Shown: positions 1 to 8,637 of the stretch, piece after piece
Numbering within the stretch: the stretch's first letter is position 1
How the letters are laid out: each line of letters begins with the position of its first letter
Virus record (IMG/VR): IMGVR_UViG_3300042894_000460
Span: 1 to 35,425 of that record
Source: a virus
Lineage: Duplodnaviria > Caudoviricetes
Reading direction: 5' to 3' (one strand)
Length of the DNA stretch: 35,425 nucleotides
The notes under the pieces: generated by a model
Told to the model about the DNA's origin: nothing
What the model saw: the letters and a program-made list of their open reading frames with translations, nothing else
The model's database searches: none
Made by a program: the position numbers and the translations under genes

Positions 1-794
1 ATGTCGCGGTACAGACCTGAGCGGATGCGGTTCTTGAACTCCCACTCAGTCAGGGTCTGCATCTCAGTGACGCGCTGAGCTGTGTAGAAGTTAGCGGCGG
101 CAAAGGGTAGCAAGATGTTGTCGATAGGCATGAACTCAGCACAAGGACGCTTCTTCTTGTCGTCGTACCAGAGCTTCATGTACTGTGAACCACCCAGTGG
201 GAGCTGAGTCAGGAGCTGTTCCTGCTCGTCGCGGAACTCTTCGATCTGCTCAGTCAACTGCCAGTTCATGAAGTCGCGCTTGCGCTCGGCTTTCTCGATC
301 TTTTCCTCGTCAACCTTGCCCAAGATCTTGGTGCGGGTTGGGCCATCAGGTGGAAACATCTCCTTGATAGCGCGTGAGGCGAAGTCCACGCAGGCTTCAG
401 CCATGACAGGGTGGACGACTTTGCTGGCGCCCATGAAGGTAGCACCGCCCGGCGCATCATTCCCCATACCCGTACGGCGCAAACCCTCTTCGTACTTCTT
501 ATCGCGCTCCTCACGAGACTTCTTGTCGTTCTCGACCAAGTCCATGTAACGCAGAGCAATCTTGTTCAGGTCATAGGGTTGGAGCACCTCAGCCAAGTTC
601 TGGTAGAAGTCCTCGTCCTCCATGGGCCCCTTCGTGTCCATGCGCACAATGGCAGACCCATCAGGTAGCTCCTCGATCTCTGAGTCTTCGTCAGGCATCT
701 CGAACTCCATGCCTTCGTCAGCATTAGCCTGCTGGTCTTTTAACCCATCGATAAAACGACCCGCGTTAGGATCTTGTGGGAATTGTGTCGCCAT
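1..794 (-). CDS. Portal (head-tail connector) protein, N-terminal part; runs off the left edge
   Basis: Not in the ORF track because there is no stop in the window. Hand translation from ATG 794: MATQFPQDPNAGRFIDG...FYQNLAE...KYEEGLRRTGMGNDAPGGATFMGASKVVHPVMAEACVDFASRAIKEMFPPDGPTRTKILG...KRDFMNWQLTEQIEEF...QLLTQLPLGGSQYMKLWYD, which is typical of podoviral portals. It lies downstream of the terminase on the same strand. Confidence 0.85.
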   Translation of the reverse strand, partial: MATQFPQDPNAGRFIDGLKDQQANADEGMEFEMPDEDSEIEELPDGSAIVRMDTKGPMEDEDFYQNLAEVLQPYDLNKIALRYMDLVENDKKSREERDKKYEEGLRRTGMGNDAPGGATFMGASKVVHPVMAEACVDFASRAIKEMFPPDGPTRTKILGKVDEEKIEKAERKRDFMNWQLTEQIEEFRDEQEQLLTQLPLGGSQYMKLWYDDKKKRPCAEFMPIDNILLPFAAANFYTAQRVTEMQTLTEWEFKNRIRSGLYRD

Positions 795-797
795 AGC

Positions 798-3700
798 TTA
801 TTTCCTTTTGAGCTTCTTGTTGCTCAGTTCCATGAACATTGCGTCGCGGTTGTCACTCATCTTAACTTTACCACTAACAGACTTTTTAACTTGAGGTTTA
901 ACTGACCCACCTTTAGCGTAGACATCAGGCAGAATAATTGGTGGGCGACCACCCATCATCGGTTCAGATTGTGGCAACACCAAATCACCAGACAGCTCTA
1001 ATTCTTTTTTCATTGCCTCAATAAACTCTTCTTGAGAGCGCCGTGGCAATCCTTCACGCAAGTCCATTGTTGGGGTTACACCAACCAAGTTACGCTTCTC
1101 ACCCTTGCCAGCCAACGCTCTACTGCGGTGGCGACCTTCGTGCCCTGAGACATAAGGTAGCAGTGGCAAGCCAACTTCTTCTTTTGCCAAGTTGAGGTAA
1201 GGAACGCTATCAAACATAGCTATTCGCTCAAGGTGTTTGACATAGTCACTTGTTGGCACGGTGTACTTAGAGATCTCGCCTTGCTTGGCTGACTCTGCCG
1301 CCTTGGGGCCAACGCTAGTCTTGCCTTGCAACTCGGTCGCAAACTTCTCAAAGTCCGCTGGACTCATGGTCATCAAAGCTTTGGCATTGTCGCCAGTGAA
1401 GCGTTCTTTGAGCGCATCTAGGGTGTACATCTTCTCAAGGTTTGGAACTTCGTCAGCCGCACGTTCTACACGCCTTGCTCCGTAACCACCCTTTTCCTTC
1501 TCGACGATCTTCTTCAGCTCTGTCAATGTACTTGGCTTAATGATCTGTGGCGCTTTAGATGCTGGCGCGGCTTTTCTAGCCATCTTGGAAATAAACCCGC
1601 CAGTGGCTTTGGTTATGTCTGGTTCATTGGTGTCGTACGTGCCACGGTTTCCAATAGCAGATTTAATTTGCTCTGGTTTAAACACGGCAATGTTTTTTGC
1701 CAAATCGTCAGAGTAAAACGAATCAAAACCTAATTTTTGGATTGCTTCCAAAACGTCTGGGCTTTCTATTGCTGACCATAACCCATCTTTTATGTATTCA
1801 AGCTGTTCTCTGTCTTTTATGATAGACCTGAGTTTATTTAAGTGAGATGGATTTTCATAGTCAAACGGATTTTCAGCACGAACGTGCACGGGCATGATGT
1901 TTTGCCCACGAGGTTGTCCCAAACCGGGGTATTGATTAGCAACCTTTGGGTCGGGGGTGGCAAAAATGTATGGCCTAAATTCGGTAATGTCTTCGTCAGT
2001 ACCGTGGTACATCACGTTTTTTTCTTTCGACTTCTCAAGGTACTTGGCTTTGTTGGCTTCACGCTCAGCCAAAGGCAACACACCCTCCTGTTGACCAGAA
2101 GCTTTAGCTCTTGCCGCCATGCGCTTGATCTCAGCCTCGATCTCAGCGTTGGTCAGCGAGTTAGGAACAACGTCGCGCAGGTATCTGTTCTCGTCTCTAG
2201 CGATTATGTTCTTGACAGCTTCTGCACGAGGCGCCATCTCGCCTCTCATCTGCTTAAGCTTAGCTAGAGCCGCCATCTTGGCAATTGATCCGCCCTTGCT
2301 GTATTCAGGTTCTTCTTGAGGCTCAAGCATCTGGGATGCCGCACCAGCGCCAGCAGTTGGGATGCCAACCTGTTGGTATAGGGGTAGACCCTTCGTCTTG
2401 ATGGACTCACGCATCTCTGGTGTGATAGGGAAGTTGTGGAGCTTGATCTGGTTATACGTATCTAGCTTCTGAAGCTCTTCAGCCATAAGCCGCTCAGACT
2501 CTGGTCTTGTCATTCTTCCAACCAGAGTTTCTTCGCCAGTCTCTGGATGACGCCTCATTAGATCTACCATTCCATCAAATGGTTCATTGAGGTCTTGAAC
2601 GGTTATGAATGGGTGGTCGCCACGCATACCACCGCCCCAAGATGTGCTTTTAGGGTCTCTGGTAGATACAGGGATACTGCCCATCTCAACCCTAGCGCCG
2701 TATTTATCGCCAAAGGTGTTTAGGTAGTCGGTCAGCATCTTGTCGTAGAACCCTTCCATGCCTTCTTTACGGGGAAGAGACGTGCCTTCTGCTTCCGTCT
2801 GCATACGATCCCACACGCGGTTTGTGAGCTTGTCTATTTGCTCTTTGCTGTTATCACGACGCATGACTACGCTAATAATTTTGTGCAGGTCTTCTTTTGA
2901 TTTGACTGGGTCACCTTGGTTCTCAAGTAAAACACCGCGTTCACGGGCTATCTCTTCGATGTTTTGTCCGCCGTAATCGCCACCATATTGCTCTTTGGCT
3001 CCAACAGTCCAACCGTCATCGCTCTTCTTCCAATCGATGCGTTCACTACCGTAGCGCCTGAATTGCTCGGCTCCGGGCGAGATCGCAATGCTGTCATACC
3101 CATTCTCAGCCGCGTAGTTCAGCAAACGCTTCATCGCCAGCTCGTGCCAGTTCTTTTTAAACGGGGCGTCAGGTACTCCGTAATTGATGATGTTCTGCAA
3201 TTCGTCCCGCTTCTCTTGTAGTTGCATGAGTTGGGGGGTAATGCTGTTTGCCTCATCAACTAAGGCTCTGTGTCCTTCGCCACGATAACCTATGCGCTCA
3301 GCTTCATCACGAAGTTGACCACGCTTGTTTACTAAATCTTTAAACTCTTTTTCTAGCGCATTGCTCTGCTCTACGTAGTCGTCAGGTTTGTATCCCTTCT
3401 TACGACCAGTTTGGTGCCAGTCAGACTGGATCTCTTCGACGTGTAGGATCTTTTTTGGCGGCGTCTTGCGCTCACCCTGAGTCATTGTTACGTTGTTGCG
3501 TATGTTCTCAGGCAAAGTCTCAACATATGCCTGCAACTCTTCAGGTGTGTCAAACATCTGTGATTGCCTGCCAGACGTCTTGTTGACGACGTAGAAGCCC
3601 TTCTGTGGGGGCTGAGGAATAAGCCTGTCTTGCACACGCATGTGAGCTAAGACGTTAGGGTCTTGCAGAAAATGTGTTGACCAATAGTTGTTGTCGCCTT

Positions 3701-4190
3701 TTGATGTATCTAATTTGGGTAACTTCAACAACATCTCGCGGTAGTTTTCACCACCAGCCGTTTTGTACTCACTGTACTTTTCAAGATCTTCATCAATTTC
3801 TTCGTTCCACTTCCGTATTACACGACTTGGAACTTCATCCCATGAGTCGTAACCAGAAGTCTCAATCCTGTCACGTAACAAGTCATTGCGCTCTTCATCA
3901 CTAATCTCAGTAAGATGGCGCTCACTTACTTGAGGTGGTGGGTTCTCTTTGAGGACTTGCTGAGCCTCTTGCTTGGTCATCTTGCCCTTGCCCTTGAACG
4001 CTTGCTCAAGCTTACGGTCGGCGATCTCAGCAGGCTTGACGCCCTTGGTCTTCATGACTTCGGTCAGGAACTCAATGCCAGTACCCTTGTTGCGCTTTAG
4101 GTTAGCCAACGTCTCATCCACAGCGGAGTAGAAGGGTTTCTTCTTTGCGGCTTTGAGTCCGATATCAGGCAATCCACGAATTAAGCTCAT
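798..4190 (-). CDS. Large polyvalent-type multidomain protein (N-terminal VEEIQSDWHQ domain, ART-PolyVal-like ADP-ribosyltransferase domain, ParB/Srx-like domain)
   Basis: 1130 aa. Motifs: GGENYREMLL, AHMRVQDR, LHVEEIQSDWHQ, DAPFKKNW; VMYHGT...IFATPDPKVANQY...IMPVHV..ENPFD...AVFKPEQIKSAIGNRGTYD (ART-like); GHEGRHRSRAL (ParB-like GxHR). ATGA overlap with the upstream gene. Confidence 0.7.
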   Translation of the reverse strand: MSLIRGLPDIGLKAAKKKPFYSAVDETLANLKRNKGTGIEFLTEVMKTKGVKPAEIADRKLEQAFKGKGKMTKQEAQQVLKENPPPQVSERHLTEISDEERNDLLRDRIETSGYDSWDEVPSRVIRKWNEEIDEDLEKYSEYKTAGGENYREMLLKLPKLDTSKGDNNYWSTHFLQDPNVLAHMRVQDRLIPQPPQKGFYVVNKTSGRQSQMFDTPEELQAYVETLPENIRNNVTMTQGERKTPPKKILHVEEIQSDWHQTGRKKGYKPDDYVEQSNALEKEFKDLVNKRGQLRDEAERIGYRGEGHRALVDEANSITPQLMQLQEKRDELQNIINYGVPDAPFKKNWHELAMKRLLNYAAENGYDSIAISPGAEQFRRYGSERIDWKKSDDGWTVGAKEQYGGDYGGQNIEEIARERGVLLENQGDPVKSKEDLHKIISVVMRRDNSKEQIDKLTNRVWDRMQTEAEGTSLPRKEGMEGFYDKMLTDYLNTFGDKYGARVEMGSIPVSTRDPKSTSWGGGMRGDHPFITVQDLNEPFDGMVDLMRRHPETGEETLVGRMTRPESERLMAEELQKLDTYNQIKLHNFPITPEMRESIKTKGLPLYQQVGIPTAGAGAASQMLEPQEEPEYSKGGSIAKMAALAKLKQMRGEMAPRAEAVKNIIARDENRYLRDVVPNSLTNAEIEAEIKRMAARAKASGQQEGVLPLAEREANKAKYLEKSKEKNVMYHGTDEDITEFRPYIFATPDPKVANQYPGLGQPRGQNIMPVHVRAENPFDYENPSHLNKLRSIIKDREQLEYIKDGLWSAIESPDVLEAIQKLGFDSFYSDDLAKNIAVFKPEQIKSAIGNRGTYDTNEPDITKATGGFISKMARKAAPASKAPQIIKPSTLTELKKIVEKEKGGYGARRVERAADEVPNLEKMYTLDALKERFTGDNAKALMTMSPADFEKFATELQGKTSVGPKAAESAKQGEISKYTVPTSDYVKHLERIAMFDSVPYLNLAKEEVGLPLLPYVSGHEGRHRSRALAGKGEKRNLVGVTPTMDLREGLPRRSQEEFIEAMKKELELSGDLVLPQSEPMMGGRPPIILPDVYAKGGSVKPQVKKSVSGKVKMSDNRDAMFMELSNKKLKRK

Positions 4191-7100
4191 AGTGGTCTCT
4201 CTTCAATGATCAGGTCGTCACCAGTTACTTCGCCACCTTCGGCTTTGTGCATCCCACTGTCAGCAACTTGACGTGCCGCATCATCCACTGTCAAGCCCTT
4301 GTTGACAAGGTTTACGATCATGTTCAGGTTGTTCATGCTGTCTCTGATGCCGTACTTCTGGGCGGCTTCTACGAACTCATTGCCATCGATGTAGGCGGCT
4401 GGTTGCTTGACAGCTCCGCCCTTCTTCTTGCCAGTGTACTTCTTGATCATCTCTTGGTACTGCTTGATCTCGTCGATAAGTTGCTGGTCAATGACTTGGC
4501 GTGGGCCGACATACTTGAATGAGCCGAACTCCTGTGGAGCTTGCTTAGGGTTCTCGCGCACGGCTTTGACGGAGTCAGGGAAGGATAGCTCGTAAGGGAT
4601 GTTGTATTTGGAGGAGCCCAGAAACTCCCCCGGTATATCGTGCGAATAAGTCGGGTGCTCAGAATAACCAAGATTCTCAACCTCTGGACGCAGGCGACCA
4701 ATCGACTTGCCTGTCACACCAATCTCCAAGTCACGCAGGTCAGGCTCAGTCACAGCGTGGCGTATATCAACACCGCTGGGCAGGTTGTACTTCTGAGTCA
4801 CCGTTGGCATCTGCATCAAAGCGTTGAAGTGCTTGCGCAGTTCTGGGTCGATGGAGAAGTGTAGGTAGGCTTCGGACGGGTTCTCGATCCCCGGGAACGA
4901 GGGGCGAGGGCCAGACTTCTTACTCCCAAGGCGAACCAATTTGTTGAAGTCCTCAATCTGTCCCCTGCTCATCTTGGCTGGGTTGATGGCGGCAAGGTTC
5001 GCGTCCGCGTAGTGCTGGGCGTAGTTGATGGAGTCAGGCCCCATCATCACGTAGTTCCCAAGCACAGGTAGGTCATACTGCTTAGACGCCTCACGGGCAA
5101 CATTCTGCACACGGTTAGCCGCATTCAAGCCAGAAGCCCAGAATGCGTCACCTTCGTGCTCTAAGCCGTACAGAGGGCCTCCATGCTGAGGGGATGGACT
5201 TTCCAACGGAACGCCGTTTACGGAGTAGATCGTCTTGCCTGAGATCGTCGGGTCACCAGCGATGCCAACCATCACGTTGTCTTTGAGTTCCTCATAGTCC
5301 ACAGTTCTTGGCAACCCACGTTCAGCACCTGTTGGACGGATGTCGTGCACCATCTCCTTCTCTCTGGCAAACTGCTTTTGAGTCTTTTCAGCAACTGACT
5401 GTGAACCAGTTCTGCCACGGACAAACTCACCAAGCATCTGTGGAGCCATGCGTCTAGCAATGGCATCAATCTCTGCCTTGCTTTTTGGGGCGGCTCTAGC
5501 TAACTTGGCAATAGCGCCACCGCCAGCCATCTTCTGGTTGTTCAGCTCCAGCATCATGGTGTCTGGGTTGTTGGAGATGACCACGCCACCACGCTTCATG
5601 CCTTCAAGATCTGGTGGTACATCTGGTAAAACGTCAGGTGGTACGTCTGGCGTTGGTGGCTCTTTTGGCAAGCCAGTGTCATAGTTCTTTCCTGTCTGCA
5701 ACTCGTACAACTTTCGTACAAGGTCGTCCCTCTCAGGTGTAGTCAAATACCTTGGGACTTTGTTGCCAGCCTGTTCCAACGCTTTGACATCATCTTGCGC
5801 AAAGATGCCTTGAGGGCCAGTCGTGCGCCATTCAAAACCTGTGTTGTTAAAGTCGCGAACATCAGTCCAATTTTGACCACGGACAAAGTCTTGAACAAAC
5901 GGAAGGTAAGCATCCTTGGGCTTGGCGTTGCCTTTTCCTTTAATCTGAACAATTTGATCAGGCATGTTTTCTTTAGCCATGCGGGTTGCAATGTCATACA
6001 CATCTGAATCGGTGTAACCGTTTGGCAACTGCTTTGCCTCTTGCTCTGCCGCTGATTTGTATTGAAGCACCTGTTCATGGCGCGGAGCATATTTGGCTGG
6101 TTGAACCTCAATCGTCACATGTGGCTCACCCTTGGCATCACGCAGGCTAAAGATCTTTGACTTGCCTTCCAGCACGTCAGGACAATAACCACCAACGCAG
6201 TGACCCATAGTCTCGCCTTCGTACTTGAGTGCGTCTTCAATAATCTTTTCTCTAGGGTGACGTTGTAAGTTTCCAGCCTCGTCATAGTATGTGCCAACTA
6301 TAGCGGACTCTTTCCAACCTTCAGGCAAGTCTTTTGGCTGATTCAACTCAACCCATTTGTAGCCCTCTGGGTACTCCTTGTAGGTAGGGAAGCCCTCTTG
6401 CTGTTGAAGAGCGGTCTCCTGCATCTTCTTAGCCATCTCTTGGTCGTACTCGTAGGTGCGGCGTACAGCCTGCTCCATGCTGACCTTATTCAGTTGCTCA
6501 GGGCGGATGCGACCAGCGGCTACGTCTTGCCTAAGCACGTCAACAATGTGGTTGAAGCCAAGATCTTGTGTGAAGTTCACAGAATCCATTGGGGAGATCC
6601 CATAGACTTTGGTGAACGGATCAACCTTCTCCATCCATGGTTCACCCTTGCCTCTGTTGATCATCTCACCAGCAGTGCCAAATCCTATTGGCTTATCTGC
6701 CTTGCTTTCCCACAACATACCTTGCCATGATTGCCCATACGGATCAGGAAACCCAGCCTCTTTGCGTGTCTCCCTAACTGCGCCCATGTTGAGCGGCGTA
6801 CTTGCATCTGTGGGCAAATGGCTGACGCCCTCTTCTGCCAGCCTACGGACTGGGTCTTCAGGTGTACCCATGTCCTTCTTGACGTAGTTGGTCAGGTTGC
6901 TTTGAATCCACTTGTTCAGAGCGGCTTCGTTTGCCCTGCGTGGGTTGTTTATGTCGCGCTCAAGGTGCTCAGCTACCCTACCTGCACCGCCTGTGTAATC
7001 GGGCTGGCTGGCGGCTTCTTTAAGCTCTGCAATACGTTTTAGTGCCGCGGCATCGAACTCAGGGCCATACGGGATGTTGACGTTGTTGATCGTGCCCTTT

Positions 7101-7840
7101 TGGATCAGGGGATCAAGAACCTTTTCGACGCTTCCAGCTAACCAGTTACCACCTCTTGGCTTGACCACGTTGGACTGCGTGTTAGCACCCATAGCCAAGA
7201 CCATCTCACGAGGTAGACCACCACGCTCTAAGGCACCCTTGACGACTGGCTCCATGCGACGCTCGATAGCTCTACCAGCCTGCTCTGCGCCTCTGCCTGC
7301 TGTTCTCATGGCTTGGGACGTGGCTGGGCCTGACAGGTATTGAAGGGCAACCGCCTCGGGCAATATGGGTGGGAGCTTGTACTGGGTCTCAAGGCGATCA
7401 AGGAAGTCGCCTACGTCGCCTGCGTACTCATACGCCAGTGGTTGCTCAGGCTTGTACATGCGGTCTTCTATGAACTTCTCAGCCGCGGCGTCACCATGCA
7501 CCACTCTGGTTGGCAGAGAGTTGATGGCTTGCGTCAGGGCTGAACCCATGAGCCTGACTGTCTGCAATGCGCCAGCCGCCTTCTCAAGTGGGGATCTGTC
7601 AGCCTCTCGCTGGCGCCTGAGTTGGTTTTCACGCTCAACCATGCGCCTGCCTAACTCTAGGTTCTGTTGGCTTGGGACGCCTACATCCACCATGCCGAAC
7701 TGGTCGCTGTCCTCGCCAAACCGAGGCAACTCCATCGCTCTTGGATCATCAATGAACGGCATCGGCTTAGCAGGCTTGAAGTTCTTTGCCTTGATGTTCC
7801 CAACTCGTGGGTAGAACGCTGGTTTGTTTTCGTCAGCCAT
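4187..7840 (-). CDS. Large multidomain protein with a PcfJ-like domain; probably virion-associated
   Basis: 1217 aa. LKYEGETMGHCVGGY...IFSLRDAKGEPHVTIEV...QIVQIKGKGNAKP matches the PcfJ-like signature. Additional domains are unrecognised. Confidence 0.7.
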   Translation of the reverse strand: MADENKPAFYPRVGNIKAKNFKPAKPMPFIDDPRAMELPRFGEDSDQFGMVDVGVPSQQNLELGRRMVERENQLRRQREADRSPLEKAAGALQTVRLMGSALTQAINSLPTRVVHGDAAAEKFIEDRMYKPEQPLAYEYAGDVGDFLDRLETQYKLPPILPEAVALQYLSGPATSQAMRTAGRGAEQAGRAIERRMEPVVKGALERGGLPREMVLAMGANTQSNVVKPRGGNWLAGSVEKVLDPLIQKGTINNVNIPYGPEFDAAALKRIAELKEAASQPDYTGGAGRVAEHLERDINNPRRANEAALNKWIQSNLTNYVKKDMGTPEDPVRRLAEEGVSHLPTDASTPLNMGAVRETRKEAGFPDPYGQSWQGMLWESKADKPIGFGTAGEMINRGKGEPWMEKVDPFTKVYGISPMDSVNFTQDLGFNHIVDVLRQDVAAGRIRPEQLNKVSMEQAVRRTYEYDQEMAKKMQETALQQQEGFPTYKEYPEGYKWVELNQPKDLPEGWKESAIVGTYYDEAGNLQRHPREKIIEDALKYEGETMGHCVGGYCPDVLEGKSKIFSLRDAKGEPHVTIEVQPAKYAPRHEQVLQYKSAAEQEAKQLPNGYTDSDVYDIATRMAKENMPDQIVQIKGKGNAKPKDAYLPFVQDFVRGQNWTDVRDFNNTGFEWRTTGPQGIFAQDDVKALEQAGNKVPRYLTTPERDDLVRKLYELQTGKNYDTGLPKEPPTPDVPPDVLPDVPPDLEGMKRGGVVISNNPDTMMLELNNQKMAGGGAIAKLARAAPKSKAEIDAIARRMAPQMLGEFVRGRTGSQSVAEKTQKQFAREKEMVHDIRPTGAERGLPRTVDYEELKDNVMVGIAGDPTISGKTIYSVNGVPLESPSPQHGGPLYGLEHEGDAFWASGLNAANRVQNVAREASKQYDLPVLGNYVMMGPDSINYAQHYADANLAAINPAKMSRGQIEDFNKLVRLGSKKSGPRPSFPGIENPSEAYLHFSIDPELRKHFNALMQMPTVTQKYNLPSGVDIRHAVTEPDLRDLEIGVTGKSIGRLRPEVENLGYSEHPTYSHDIPGEFLGSSKYNIPYELSFPDSVKAVRENPKQAPQEFGSFKYVGPRQVIDQQLIDEIKQYQEMIKKYTGKKKGGAVKQPAAYIDGNEFVEAAQKYGIRDSMNNLNMIVNLVNKGLTVDDAARQVADSGMHKAEGGEVTGDDLIIEERPL
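5605..5655 (-). repeat. Short coding tandem repeat, PDVP-PDVL-PDVP-PDL linker
   Basis: 12-nt-period repeat encoding a proline-rich linker just before the MKRGGVV motif. Confidence 0.6.
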
Positions 7841-7896
7841 GGCTTATCCTGCTGAGTTGCTGTTGCCCCAATGATACCTTGGTGCTCATGCTGTGT

Positions 7897-8637
7897 CTAC
7901 GCAATTAGATCCGTGCCAACCAACCTGCGCACCAGCTCCTTGCGCCTGTCGTCCAGCTCAGCCAACCACTGGTAACCGCTCTCACCCTCAACATTGGGCT
8001 TGGCTTCGGGTGGCGGCGTCTCGCCCACATTGAGATAGGACGTTGCCCACAGGTTCAAGTAGTTTACGGTCACGGCTTTGTTGGTCGCGTAGTTCAAGTC
8101 AGCCTCCATGATGGACTTGTAGAACACACGGTCACAGACGTTGGAGACTTGCTTTGGCATTAGGTTCCACACAGGGAAGAAACTGTAAGCACCGCGCAAC
8201 AAGAAGTAGCAGTTGGTGTCGATGTGGTTTGGCTCCTCTGGTATGTCAGCCACGGTCAGGTCAGGACGTACAAACCTGCGCCTAGCTACCACGTAGTCAC
8301 AGTTCAAAGGGGATCCGTAGTTGCCTATCGCCGTCTTGAGGCACTCCTCGGTGTGCTTGGGGTCAAGCCAGCAGTCAGCGTCTAGCAAGCCAATTGCGTC
8401 GTACCCGTCACTGATAGCAAGCTGAGCACCAATCCCTCGAGGGGTGTTGCCATAGTCTGCGCTAGGTTTGCCAAGCTGGATGTGGCGGGTCACCCTGTCT
8501 GTCAGCCAATCCTGTGGGTAACCATCGCTCACAAAGAAGTGGTCGCTCTTGATGGTCTGAGCCTCCACGCTCTTGATGCACCTCTCCAGCACCTCTGGCT
8601 CTTCTTTGTAGTAGGGCGTGATGTAAGCAACTCTCAT
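7897..8637 (-). CDS. Glycosyltransferase family 2 (GT-A fold)
   Basis: ITPYYKE...CIKSVEAQT...FFVSDG...GNTPRGIG...GLLDADCW (DxD motif); ATGA-coupled to terL. Confidence 0.8.
   Translation of the reverse strand: MRVAYITPYYKEEPEVLERCIKSVEAQTIKSDHFFVSDGYPQDWLTDRVTRHIQLGKPSADYGNTPRGIGAQLAISDGYDAIGLLDADCWLDPKHTEECLKTAIGNYGSPLNCDYVVARRRFVRPDLTVADIPEEPNHIDTNCYFLLRGAYSFFPVWNLMPKQVSNVCDRVFYKSIMEADLNYATNKAVTVNYLNLWATSYLNVGETPPPEAKPNVEGESGYQWLAELDDRRKELVRRLVGTDLIA

Noticed and set aside
266-894. Short ORFs in the track at the left end
   Set aside because: Shadows of the portal reading frame (794 to <1), which the track missed
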